From Dehalococcoidia bacterium (GTDB lineage: Bacteria > Chloroflexota > Dehalococcoidia > Lucifugimonadales > UBA3495), in the NCBI GenBank assembly GCA_965197545.1, contig CBDANJ010000005.1, positions 3,311 through 67,310 on the forward strand: a stretch of DNA of 64,000 nucleotides, written 5' to 3'. The notes below the pieces were generated by a model. It was not told the origin of the DNA. It was given only the letters and a program-made list of their open reading frames with translations, and did no database searches. The translations under genes and the position numbers were made by a program. Of the stretch, positions 53,545 to 62,715 are shown in pieces. Each line of letters opens with the position of its first letter. The first letter of the stretch is position 1.

Positions 53545-56520
53545 GTGCCGGCATCTATTTTCTCAGAGACTGAGTTGGCTAGGTTGGCCAGCTTTCCCGA
53601 GGAAATCCCCGGCGATGACCTGATCAGAGCATTCACGCTGACGGGTGCCGACCGAGAGCTCGTCGCCATCCGGCGGGGGGCAGCAAACCGCTTGGGGCTC
53701 GCGCTTCAGCTTTGTGCGCTTCGCTACCTCGGCTTCGTTCCGCGCAATTTGAGCGCAGCTCCGCGATCGGCCGCCTGCTTTGTCGCGGACCAGCTCGAGG
53801 TCAGCCCGGACGAGATTCAATCCTACGCTCGACGCGAGCAGACGCGCCGACAGCACTTCACCGAGGTTCGGGAACACCTCGGCTTCTCGATGCTCCGGTC
53901 ACGGGACTTGGAAGAACTCGAAGCTGGGCTTGTCGAACGGGCCCTTGAGCACGATGCTCCGAAGGTTCTCTTTCGCCTCGCTCGTGAGCGGTTGCGCACC
54001 GAGAGGCTCGTCTTTCCATCACCCGACCGAATCGTACGACTTGTCAGTTCGGCGCGCGGTCGCGCACAGGAGAGAACGTACACCCTGGTCGAGCCCTTGC
54101 TGAGCGCCGAGAGGCGAGCCCAGCTCGACGGTCTGCTCGAAGCCAAGGCCTCGAACAGCTGGTCGACCCTCAAGTGGCTCGGGCAGGGTGCTTCTGGCGA
54201 GAGCCCGGGCTCCATCAAGAGCGAGGTGGCCAAACTGGCGTTTCTCCGCCAGCTGGGAGCCCATGAGTGGGACCTCAGCGATTTGAATCCGAATCGCCGA
54301 AAGTTCTTGGCCCAAGTGGGTCGTCGTTCCACGAGTCAGACCCTCCAGCGGATGCCCGATCGCCGGCGTTATCCCATCCTCGTGGCCTTGCTTCACGAGA
54401 CCACGCTTGACCTCGTTGACGAGATCGTCGATCTCTTTAATCGAGCGCTGAAGAAGACCGACTCCCGCTCGCGACGGGAGCTCGAGGCCTGGCGAGTCGC
54501 GACCGCTCAGGCCACCAACGAGAAGGTCCGCTTGTTCTCACGTCTGGGACGTCTCGTTCTCGACCCGGACATCCTGGACGAGCAGCTGCGTCGACGCATC
54601 TTCGAGGAGGTCGCTTCCCGCGAACTATTCGCGGCCGCGGTCGAGGAAACCGAGCAGCTTCTCCGTCCGCGAGACGGCTCCTATCTCGACTTCGTCGAGA
54701 ACCGCTATGGCCATCTCAGGAAATTCGCTCCACTGGTCCTGAGGGTGCTGGACTTCAAGAGCCTGAAGATCGACGACCCCCTAATCGATGCAGTCGAGAT
54801 TCTGAGAGAGCTGAATCGCAAGCGACGACGGCGGGTTCCCGAGGACGCAGGACTCGAGTTCGCCTCCGCCAAGTGGCGCGGCCAGTTGTTGGGATCCGAC
54901 GGGCGAGTCAATCGCCGGTCCTTCGAGCTCTGTGTTCTCTACCAACTCCGTGACGGCCTTCGCTCCGGCGCCATCTGGCTCCAAGGAAGTCGTCGCTTCG
55001 CAGATCCCGCCACGTACCTCATCCCCAGCTCTCAGTGGACTTCTCGGCGATCCGAGGCTCTCCGGATCCTCGGTCTCGAGCAGGAACCCAGAGAGCACCT
55101 CGAAGCACTCGCCAACTCGACGGAGGCAGTCATCCAACATCTCGGTGAGACCGAGATCACCGAGTCGGAGACCCTGCGCCTGGAGGAGGGTCGGATCGTG
55201 CTCTCGCCCGCTTCAATGGAGGAGTTGCCCGACGAGGTCGTTCAGCTGAACGACCTCGTTGCCGAACGCCTGCCAAGGGTGGAGCTGGCGGAAGTCCTGA
55301 TCGAGGTCGACTCCTGGACCGGGTTCACGCAGTTCTTCCAGCACGCCGGTGGGGCTCGATCTCGAAATCCGGATCTGGTGCGCCACGTGTACGCGGCGAT
55401 CCTGGCCCAGGCCTGCAACTTCGGCCTCACGACGATGGCCGACCTCGCCGATTTGACCTACCGCCAGCTCGCATGGACCACGGACTGGTACCTGCGCGAG
55501 GAGACGCTCAAAGCTGCCTTCTCGGCTCTCGTGGACTTCCAGCACCAGCTTCCTCTTGCCGAGGCCTGGGGCGGTGGAACCCTCTCCTCCTCCGATGGCC
55601 AGCGATTCCCCGTTCGAGGCTCGGCGGAGAACGCGACCGCGCTCCCGAAATATTTCGGCCTCGGAAGGGGCCTCACTTTCTACACCTGGACCTCGGACCA
55701 GTACTCGCAGTACGGGTCGAAGGTCATCTCGTCTACGGTTCGTGACGCGACCTATGTCCTCGACGAGATCCTCGATAACCAGACCGATCTTCCGATCCTC
55801 GAGCACACGACGGACACCGCTGGCTACACCGAGATCGTCTTCGCCCTGTTTCATCTTCTGGGGCTGCAGTTCGCCCCCCGCATCCGGGACTTGGGCGCTC
55901 AGCGCTTGTATCGTCTCGATGCTCCTCCGCGGAAAGAAGGGGTCGCGGTTCTGCTGAAGGGATTGGTTCGGAGCAAGACCCTACTCGACAACTGGGACGA
56001 ACTCCTCCGGGTGGCCGGCTCACTCAAGTTGGGTTGGGTGACCGCATCGCTCCTGATTTCGAAGCTCCAGGCTGGCGCAAGAGAGAACGTCTTGTCCCGA
56101 GCCCTCCGCGATCTCGGGCGCCTCGTCAAGACCCAGTTCATCCTAAGGTGGATTGAGAACCCGGATTATCGTCGTCGAATCCACCGCCAGCTGAACAAGG
56201 GAGAAGCCCTCCACGCACTGCGCCGCTTCCTATTCTTCGCTCACGAAGGGAAGGTACAGCGCCGTCAAGCAGATCAGCAGACGAATCAGGTCCTCTGCCT
56301 AAACTTGGTCACGAATGCCATCGTCACCTGGAACACCGTCTACATGAACGCCGCCATCGAACGGCTGCGGGCCGAGGGGAGGATCGGCCGCGACATCGAT
56401 CTCGGCCATCTGTCGCCTGCCCTCTACGGGCACGTCAATCCCTACGGTAAGTACCGATTCGAGATCGAGGGTCGAGCGCCAGGCCTCCGACCCCTAAGGA
56501 GTCCGGGAAACGACGCTTAG
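53545..56520 (+). CDS. tnpA: Tn3-family transposase
   Basis: 991 aa, with a DUF4158-type N-terminus and a DDE_Tnp_Tn3 C-terminal region. The stop lies inside the right IR. Confidence 0.95.
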   Translation: MPASIFSETELARLASFPEEIPGDDLIRAFTLTGADRELVAIRRGAANRLGLALQLCALRYLGFVPRNLSAAPRSAACFVADQLEVSPDEIQSYARREQTRRQHFTEVREHLGFSMLRSRDLEELEAGLVERALEHDAPKVLFRLARERLRTERLVFPSPDRIVRLVSSARGRAQERTYTLVEPLLSAERRAQLDGLLEAKASNSWSTLKWLGQGASGESPGSIKSEVAKLAFLRQLGAHEWDLSDLNPNRRKFLAQVGRRSTSQTLQRMPDRRRYPILVALLHETTLDLVDEIVDLFNRALKKTDSRSRRELEAWRVATAQATNEKVRLFSRLGRLVLDPDILDEQLRRRIFEEVASRELFAAAVEETEQLLRPRDGSYLDFVENRYGHLRKFAPLVLRVLDFKSLKIDDPLIDAVEILRELNRKRRRRVPEDAGLEFASAKWRGQLLGSDGRVNRRSFELCVLYQLRDGLRSGAIWLQGSRRFADPATYLIPSSQWTSRRSEALRILGLEQEPREHLEALANSTEAVIQHLGETEITESETLRLEEGRIVLSPASMEELPDEVVQLNDLVAERLPRVELAEVLIEVDSWTGFTQFFQHAGGARSRNPDLVRHVYAAILAQACNFGLTTMADLADLTYRQLAWTTDWYLREETLKAAFSALVDFQHQLPLAEAWGGGTLSSSDGQRFPVRGSAENATALPKYFGLGRGLTFYTWTSDQYSQYGSKVISSTVRDATYVLDEILDNQTDLPILEHTTDTAGYTEIVFALFHLLGLQFAPRIRDLGAQRLYRLDAPPRKEGVAVLLKGLVRSKTLLDNWDELLRVAGSLKLGWVTASLLISKLQAGARENVLSRALRDLGRLVKTQFILRWIENPDYRRRIHRQLNKGEALHALRRFLFFAHEGKVQRRQADQQTNQVLCLNLVTNAIVTWNTVYMNAAIERLRAEGRIGRDIDLGHLSPALYGHVNPYGKYRFEIEGRAPGLRPLRSPGNDA

Positions 56521-56553
56521 CGTGCGATTCTGCGCCGTTACTGTCGGAACCCC
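56516..56553 (-). repeat. Tn3-family right terminal inverted repeat
   Basis: The rc is GGGGTTCCGACAGTAACGGCGCAGAATCGCACGCTAAG. Confidence 0.9.
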
Positions 56554-56856
56554 ATCATCTCCGGTAGACTTCACCTCGACCACGCCGCACTCCGGCGTCT
56601 GTCCCTCGCGCGGCTGGCCCTTCTGCGCCTGCTTCGCCGCATAGAGGCCGAAGTCAGGATGCCCCGCGCCCTGATCAGCAAGTTCGCCGACGCAGAACAC
56701 CTTCGGCCTGAGCGTCGCGCCGACGGCGTTCAACAGATTGGTGAGAGGCCCGTAGCTTGATCGCTCCCCAGTCGCTCCGCCCGACGCGCGCACCCGCCCA
56801 AGATCGGCGAAGTAGGTCTCAACCGCCGCCGTCAGTTTCGTGTTCGTTCCCGTCAT
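56554..56856 (-). pseudogene. N-terminal fragment of a PD-(D/E)xK-type nuclease domain, as found at the N-terminus of large restriction/methylase enzymes
   Basis: MTGTNTKLTAAVETYFADL..GERSSYGPLTNLLNAVGATLRPKVFCVGELADQGAGHPDFGLY..GVVEVKSTGDD, then the reading frame enters the Tn3 IR. The family assignment is from memory. Confidence 0.4.
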
Positions 56857-56960
56857 CGCATGTGCGCCCGTCCAGCCCTGGCCGCGTGGCACAAATCAGC
56901 GGGGGTCACTCCCCGGCACCTTCCGCTCATCGATGCAACTTCTACAACAGATGTACACGT

Positions 56961-57206
56961 TCAAGATTTGGGGATTTGCTCGATCAGGGGCTTGCCGCGC
57001 GCTTTAAAGAGCAAGTCAAGCGCTTCTTCGAGAAGCTGCTGAACGGTGCTGTTCTCCTCCACTGCCAAGTGACGCAGCTGCGTGGAGACGGCGGGGTCGA
57101 AATAGCCACCGATGTGCTTGCGCCGGTTGTTCCCACTGCGCGGTCGGGTGGCGGTTGGTGCTGGTTCCTGGTTGGTCTGAAGCGCTTTCGCAAACTTGTT
57201 AGCCAT
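56961..57206 (-). CDS. ParG-like ribbon-helix-helix partition protein
   Basis: ..RKHIGGYFDPAVSTQLRHLAVEENSTVQQLLEEALDLLF. Overlaps the parA 3' end. Confidence 0.6.
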   Translation of the reverse strand: MANKFAKALQTNQEPAPTATRPRSGNNRRKHIGGYFDPAVSTQLRHLAVEENSTVQQLLEEALDLLFKARGKPLIEQIPKS

Positions 57207-57858
57207 TGGATCGAACTCCATTGTTTGATGGTGTGCTGCACAGGTGCACACAATTACTTATGAACTCGTGCAATCGTTCTACTTCGGCGGCGGCCTTTCC
57301 CCCCGGCTCAAATTCCTTGGCCGCCTGGCCGCTAATCAGCGCCCTTGCAAACGCCACGCGGTTGCCGAGTTGCACAGGACAGACTTCGACGGCAAGACCA
57401 GCAATCGCATCGGCGGCTTGAGCGGCATCCTGCCCCATCGGCGCAACCGCATTGATCACCACACAAACTGGCGTTCCTGTGGTGCGAACGAAACGCAATG
57501 TGTTCGCGATCACCTCCAGATCCAAAATTGCGGGCCGGCAGGGGATCAGCACCAAGTCTGCGGCCTTAGCAGCCTCCAGCGCGGCGCTGTCAGAATGGGG
57601 GGCCGTGTCCAGATAAAGGATTTCGCCTCCTGTCTCCTCCACCCGAGTTGCTTCATGGCTGAGACGGCTCGCATGGGCCGAGAGCACAACGGGTAACTCG
57701 GCTCGGCGGCGGTCAGACCAATTGGCGGCGGAGGCCTGGGGGTCGAGGTCGATCACCGCCGTATTGCGCCCAGCCCTTGCGGAAGCCACAGCCAGGTGCA
57801 GGGCAATTGTCGTTTTTCCCGATCCCCCTTTCTGGCTGACAATGGCGATGGTCTTCAC
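57199..57858 (-). CDS. parA: ParA-family partition ATPase
   Basis: KTIAIVSQKGGSGKTT, VIDLDPQ. Confidence 0.9.
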   Translation of the reverse strand: MKTIAIVSQKGGSGKTTIALHLAVASARAGRNTAVIDLDPQASAANWSDRRRAELPVVLSAHASRLSHEATRVEETGGEILYLDTAPHSDSAALEAAKAADLVLIPCRPAILDLEVIANTLRFVRTTGTPVCVVINAVAPMGQDAAQAADAIAGLAVEVCPVQLGNRVAFARALISGQAAKEFEPGGKAAAEVERLHEFISNCVHLCSTPSNNGVRSNG

Positions 57859-57960
57859 GAGACTGCTTCCTGTTTTGCAGGATTGAATATATGCACAGAT
57901 TCAAGTGTACCAAATTGCAAGTATGAGATCTAGAAATTGTGCAGGATATATCTGCCCATA
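57859..57960 (-). promoter_or_regulatory. parA promoter/operator region
   Basis: Contains TTGAATATATGCACAGATTCAA (IR TTGAAT/ATTCAA). Duplicated at 58892..59000. Confidence 0.45.
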
Positions 57961-58086
57961 CAGGGCGTTCCCCTCGGGCCTGCTTGGACTCCAGCCGCTC
58001 GATCTTTCAGGAGGGTTAAAGTTTATAGTCTCTAAAATCCTTCCAGTTCAGGGGGGCTTGCTCGATATCGTTTTCAGTGATGGTGG

Positions 58087-58506
58087 TTACGGTGTTTCCC
58101 AGGGGTTGATGACGTCGACGTCCAGTCCGTCGAAGTCCCCTATATTCCGCGTTGCGATCGAGAGGTGGTGGGCTTTGGCTGTCCCAGCGATCAACGCATC
58201 ACCCAGATGCAGCACGCGCCCGGACAGGTGAGCTTGCGCTCGAAGCTGGGCGGCCCACTCCGCCTCTTTACGCTTCACCGGCAGGACCTGGTCTTCGTAC
58301 TCCTCTATGAATTTCAACAGGGCTTGCCGCAAGCCATCTCGACGACGTCCCTGTGGGAGGAGTTGCAAGCCGAATTCCAGCTCATGCAGCACGACTGGCG
58401 ACAGCCACAGATTGTCCTGTTCCGATAGAAATACGGTGACCCCTGGGTCCGGCGACTCTTTCGTCAGCTCCGAGACCACGTTGGTGTCCAATAGAAATCC
58501 GGTCAC
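58087..58506 (-). CDS. vapC: VapC PIN-domain toxin
   Basis: FLLDTNVVSEL.., ..DALIAGTAKAHHLSIATRNIGDF. Confidence 0.85.
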   Translation of the reverse strand: MTGFLLDTNVVSELTKESPDPGVTVFLSEQDNLWLSPVVLHELEFGLQLLPQGRRRDGLRQALLKFIEEYEDQVLPVKRKEAEWAAQLRAQAHLSGRVLHLGDALIAGTAKAHHLSIATRNIGDFDGLDVDVINPWETP

Positions 58507-58787
58507 GTGCCTTGCCCGTCGACGAATGGAATCTCACGTCCTGTCTCACGACGGCTCGGGATTTCAAGCTCTATCCCACGCGGAATGTTATCAACTAGCC
58601 ACTGGCCGAGAGGTTTCCGTGTTCGCGTTTTTGCATGCCATACGGGGGCGGGCACAACGACGAACGGCTTGCGTGCGCCGATATGCTGCGGCCCCTCTTC
58701 TTCGGCAAGACGCAGGATCTCAGACAGGCGCGCCTTGGCCTCGGCAACGGTCCAGACGCGATGGGGCTTAGCATGTTGGTCGGTCAT
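58503..58787 (-). CDS. vapB: Phd/YefM-type antitoxin (VapB)
   Basis: GGAGGG RBS. VWTVAEAKARLSEILRLAEEEGPQHI. 4-nt overlap with vapC. Confidence 0.75.
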   Translation of the reverse strand: MTDQHAKPHRVWTVAEAKARLSEILRLAEEEGPQHIGARKPFVVVPAPVWHAKTRTRKPLGQWLVDNIPRGIELEIPSRRETGREIPFVDGQGT

Positions 58788-58891
58788 ATACCCTCCAATC
58801 GATTCGTAGTAGTCTAATATAGACCAGATTAAACACTGAATCAAGAGGCCTCATATCAGCTGTTTGCAAGGTTTGGGATCGACCGCTGTCC

Positions 58892-59000
58892 AATCCCCCT
58901 TTCTGGCTGACAATGGCGGCCTCTTGTTTGCAGAATTGAATACATGCACAGATTCAATTCTGCTTTGTTGCAAGTTATGAATTATAGAAATTGCGTAGGA
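58892..59000. repeat. second copy of the parA 5' end plus operator
   Basis: ATCCCCCTTTCTGGCTGACAATGGCG plus ..TTGAATACATGCACAGATTCAA.. parallels 57823-57950. Only about 8 parA codons are retained. Confidence 0.65.
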
Positions 59001-59100
59001 TTGAATTTTCTTAGCTGGAGGTCGGTCGCACGGGAAGGGTCAGCTTCACCTACAAAAATGTCCATTGGCGTCTGGGTCCTGTGGGAGAATAGAAGCCCTG

Positions 59101-60078
59101 GTGTGCAAACGAGACGGCTTGATTCCCATTGCTGAAGTCTTCGGCAGACTGGATGGCCCGGTGAAGGCGATCCGCGAAGCCACGCCCCAGGCGCTCCACC
59201 ACTTCACCCAGGCCGATCAAGTGAACCTGCTTGTTTCGGCCAGCGAAGCGGACGCCGATCTCGGCTTCATGGCGCGGCTGATGGCGCTGTGCTCCCTGCC
59301 CCGCACCAACCCCGGCAACCAGATTCTTTACAAGCGGGTCAACGGCCCGTACAAGCTCATCATGATTTCAGGCGGCAACACCAAACTCCCCTATGGCAAT
59401 CTCCCACGATTACTGCTGGCCTGGGTATGCACGGAGGCGGTGCGGACCCAAAGCCGTGAGCTTGTCCTGGGGAAGTCGCTTTCCGAGTTCATGCGAACGC
59501 TCGGTATGGAGCCGGTCGGCGGGGGTGCGACGGGTGCTCGAACCCGCCTCCGCAACCAGATGCGGCGGCTCTTCAGCGCTCATGTCCGGTTGATCCACGT
59601 GCATGAGCATGGCGAGCAGTTTGTTTCCTCGGCCATCGCCGACCGAGGCGAGTTCTGGTGGAACGAACGCAAGCCCGATGAGCCGGTACTGTTTGACAGC
59701 AAAATTCGGCTGGGTGAAGACTTCTTCAACGAGATCATCCGCCACCCGGTGCCGATCGACATGAACACCCTCACAGCCCTCAAGCGTTGCACCCTGGGCC
59801 TGGACCTCTACCTGTGGCTGACCTACCGGACATTCAGCTTGAAGCGCCCGCTACGGCTCACGTGGAAGCAGTTGTACTGCAAGTTTGGAACGGACCCCGC
59901 CAAGTCGGACAACAAATTCATCGTTCGGAACTTCCGCCAAAATGTTCTACGGGAATTGAAGAAGATCAAGCTCGCCTGGCCGGAACTGAACTACTCGACG
60001 GCTCTGGGCCTTCTGATCCTGCATCCCTCGACCCCGGTCATCCCTCCGGCAACCGATCCGTTGCGCTTCGCTGAATAG
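59101..60078 (+). CDS. repA: RepA_C-type plasmid replication initiator
   Basis: Collinear with 33322..34296. The GTG at 59101 was chosen by alignment with MERKRDGLLPIGEVF (the track starts at TTG 59065). Confidence 0.85.
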   Translation: MCKRDGLIPIAEVFGRLDGPVKAIREATPQALHHFTQADQVNLLVSASEADADLGFMARLMALCSLPRTNPGNQILYKRVNGPYKLIMISGGNTKLPYGNLPRLLLAWVCTEAVRTQSRELVLGKSLSEFMRTLGMEPVGGGATGARTRLRNQMRRLFSAHVRLIHVHEHGEQFVSSAIADRGEFWWNERKPDEPVLFDSKIRLGEDFFNEIIRHPVPIDMNTLTALKRCTLGLDLYLWLTYRTFSLKRPLRLTWKQLYCKFGTDPAKSDNKFIVRNFRQNVLRELKKIKLAWPELNYSTALGLLILHPSTPVIPPATDPLRFAE

Positions 60079-60180
60079 CCTTTCCCCGGCCTCTCAGCGG
60101 CCCGTCAGCGGCCTCATTGCATCGAGTTGGACTCTATAGGTATGCCCCGTTCTTGAATCATCAGAGGACGCAAATCGCCT

Positions 60181-60364
60181 ATTTCCACAGGGTTGTGCGA
60201 TTCCGGGGAGTTTTCCAGGAATAAAACCCTTCACTGAAAACCCCGGTCTTTGGAATAAAACCATTCACCCGCCCCCCGGTCTTTGGAATAAAACCCTTCA
60301 CCATACAAGTAGTAAGAACAAATAGTACAGAACAAGTAGTAGTAGCGACGACTACTGTGGATAA
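60181..60364 (+). other. iteron-type oriV (copy 6, complete)
   Basis: ATTTCCACA; iterons; CAAGTAGT-type AT-rich repeats; GACGAC; perfect DnaA box (rc TTATCCACA) at 60356-60364. Confidence 0.65.
60218..60305 (+). repeat. iterons: GGAATAAAACC(C/A)TTCAC x3 at 34/33-bp spacing
   Basis: Starts at 60218, 60252 and 60285. Confidence 0.75.
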
Positions 60365-60735
60365 ATCAATCGGATCAAAAAACCACAAGAGACGCCAGCG
60401 AGCCCTGAGAAACGGCCAAAATCCTTCCTTTTAGGAGTGGAAACCAAGGAATCGGTGGGACAGGGCTGTCCGAGAACGGCTTGCACAAACAAACGGTTCT
60501 GTAACCCCCTGGTCCACCCCCCGGCCCTTTTGCAGAGTCTATCAATAGATATATTTGTATTTATTTGTACCAGGGCTTCTTCGGAGTCCGGCAAAGCGGC
60601 TCGCCTGTCAAGTGGCGAAGGCCGTTGATCGAGACGCTGGAACCAGGGTTGCCGTTGCCCTTGCGCAGACACCATGGGATAGGATATTTTAATTAGAAGA
60701 GAGCAAGATGTGTTTTTGTTTCACATAAACTCTTG

Positions 60736-60755
60736 CCAGGGGGCGATCCCCCTGG
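60736..60755. promoter_or_regulatory. perfect inverted repeat upstream of mobC (candidate oriT IR or operator)
   Basis: CCAGGGGG-CGAT-CCCCCTGG lies 27 nt before the mobC ATG. Confidence 0.4.
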
Positions 60756-60781
60756 ACCCCTGAGAGTCGGGGAGGGAAACC

Positions 60782-61123
60782 ATGGCGAGGCCACGGCTGG
60801 GAGAGGAGGAACGGCGGACACGCACGATCGGCGTGCGGGTGACGGAGGCCGAGGCGGCGGAGCTGCGGGAGCGAGCGCAGGCGGCGCGGCTCTCGGTGGG
60901 AGCCTACCTGCGTCGGCGGGCGCTGGGGCAGCGGGTGCGGATCGCGGCAGAGCTGCGGCTCGGGGCGGCGGAGCTGCGGGAGCTGAACCGGATCGGGGTG
61001 AATCTCAATCAAATGGCACGGGCGCTCAACTCGGGAGCCGTGTCGTTGCCGGCAGAGATCCAGGCGGCGGTCGAGCGAGTAGGGGAGCTGGTGGCCAAGT
61101 TGCTGGCCGGGGAGAGGGAGTGA
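60782..61123 (+). CDS. mobC: MobC-family relaxosome accessory protein
   Basis: RTRTIGVRVTEAEAAELRERA.., LNRIGVNLNQMARALN. Confidence 0.85.
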   Translation: MARPRLGEEERRTRTIGVRVTEAEAAELRERAQAARLSVGAYLRRRALGQRVRIAAELRLGAAELRELNRIGVNLNQMARALNSGAVSLPAEIQAAVERVGELVAKLLAGERE

Positions 61124-62505
61124 TGGTGGTCAAGATGTCCTCGCCGGGGCGCTCGTTCGGTGGAGTGACGGATTACTGCCTGCACGATCCGCGAATGCCG
61201 GGGGAGGCCCACCATCCCGAGAGCGCGGAGCGGGTGGAGTGGACCGAGACCCGCAACCTGGCGACGAGCGAGGGAGAGCGGGCGGCGCGGATCATGGCGG
61301 CCACGGCCGAGGCGTCCCCGGAGCTAAAACGCCTGGCAGGCGCGGCGGCGACCGGGCGAAAGCTCGAGAAGCCGGTGTGCCATTACTCGCTGAACTGGGC
61401 CAAGGAGGAGAAGCCGGACCGGCAAGAGATGCTGCGGGCTGCGGAGAGGAGCCTGAAGGCGCTGGGGATGGAGAGGCACCAGGCGCTGATCGTGTCTCAC
61501 CGGGACGGGCAACCCCATGTGCATGTGATCGCGAACCGGGTGGACCCGGAGAGCGGGAAGGCGGCGGGGTTGAACCGGAGCCAGCTGAAACTTTCGAAGT
61601 GGGCCGAGGGGTACGAGCGGGGGCAGGGGAAAATCCGATGTCCGCAGCGGGAGAGGAACAACAAGCGGCGAGAGGCGGGGGAGCGGGTGGTGGATGGGCG
61701 CGGGCATTCGGGAGGCCGCTTCAGGCGGGAGCGGATGAGTCCGCAGCGGGAGCCAAGGGAAAGGATTCCGGCACAGCGGGAAGGACCGGAGCGGGAGCGA
61801 GCGGCCTGGCAGCGGGCGGAGGAGCGCATGCACTGGGAGCGGATTCAGCAGTGGCGGCGGAAGGATCTCGGGAAACTGGAGAGGCGGAGCAAGCGGGAGT
61901 GGTCGGAGCTTTACGGGCGTCAAGAGCGGCAGCAGCGGCAGCTGGCGAAAGACTGCCATGGGGTGTTAGGGCGCTTCCGGGCTTGGCGGGAACTGGGTGG
62001 CAAACTGCGAGAGATCGGTGGGACGATCCGGGGACGCACGGAAGTGCTGGGGCGCTTTCGGGCGGTGCTGGAGACCCGGCAACGCTTGGAGCGGATCTCG
62101 CTTGGGAAAGCGCATTCGGAAGCGGTGCGTAAGATCGAGAGCTTGGCGGGAGAATTCTACCGCGGCGGCATGGAAGGGGCAGAGGGACGGGCGGGTGAGG
62201 CGACGAGGAGGGACCCACTCGCAGTGTATGACCGTTACCGTGGCGGAGACCGGTACAGGCTCAAGCGCTCGGCGTTAGAGGAGCGGATGGAGCAGGTGCG
62301 GGAGTTCGACGGAGAGCAAGCCTACGAGAAGATGATGCGGGACATGGAGAAGGCCGACCAAGAAAAGGCCAGGCAAGCGGAGAGGGCCAGGCAAGTGGAG
62401 AGGGCAAGGCTGGAGTGGGCTAGGCAAGAGACGGCAAGGCAAAGCAAGGAGCGGCGTGGGCCGGAACGCAGCGGACCGGAGCGGGACTTTGGGCCCAGCC
62501 GCTAG
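61123..62505 (+). CDS. mobA: relaxase (MobA/VirD2 relaxase/mobilisation nuclease family)
   Basis: The ATG overlaps the mobC stop (TGATG). Histidine triad HRDGQPHVHVIANRV. The C-terminal half is charged and repetitive. Confidence 0.85.
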   Translation: MVVKMSSPGRSFGGVTDYCLHDPRMPGEAHHPESAERVEWTETRNLATSEGERAARIMAATAEASPELKRLAGAAATGRKLEKPVCHYSLNWAKEEKPDRQEMLRAAERSLKALGMERHQALIVSHRDGQPHVHVIANRVDPESGKAAGLNRSQLKLSKWAEGYERGQGKIRCPQRERNNKRREAGERVVDGRGHSGGRFRRERMSPQREPRERIPAQREGPERERAAWQRAEERMHWERIQQWRRKDLGKLERRSKREWSELYGRQERQQRQLAKDCHGVLGRFRAWRELGGKLREIGGTIRGRTEVLGRFRAVLETRQRLERISLGKAHSEAVRKIESLAGEFYRGGMEGAEGRAGEATRRDPLAVYDRYRGGDRYRLKRSALEERMEQVREFDGEQAYEKMMRDMEKADQEKARQAERARQVERARLEWARQETARQSKERRGPERSGPERDFGPSR

Positions 62506-62559
62506 GTTTGGTCTTGCTTGAAGGCGTTAAAGAATAGGCCGAACGGATTGGGAGGAAGC

Positions 62560-62658
62560 ATGAGCGGAGAGATACTTGCAATTTTGGCGGTGGGGGTGGC
62601 CTTGGCCGGGGTGATCCTGACCAGCAATCGCGGTGGTGGAAATCCGGGGTCCGAGTAG
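62560..62658 (+). CDS. small hydrophobic peptide (32 aa)
   Basis: GGGAGGAAG RBS 2 nt before the [35 protein letters not shown]. Below the ORF-track cutoff. Confidence 0.35.
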   Translation: MSGEILAILAVGVALAGVILTSNRGGGNPGSE

Positions 62659-62715
62659 CAATGGAACGAAAACCTGGTGTTTTCGGAGATCATGCCGTTT
62701 CTGTGCGTGACCGCT

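Larger units (their letters stand above)
52749..56553 (+). mobile_element. minimal Tn3-family transposon (tnpR-res-tnpA, no passenger genes)
   Basis: 38-bp IRs GGGGTTCCGACAGTAACGG(A/C)GCAGAATCGCACG(T/C)TAAG at both ends. The flanking 5-mers TACTA and ATCAT are not a duplication. Confidence 0.9.
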
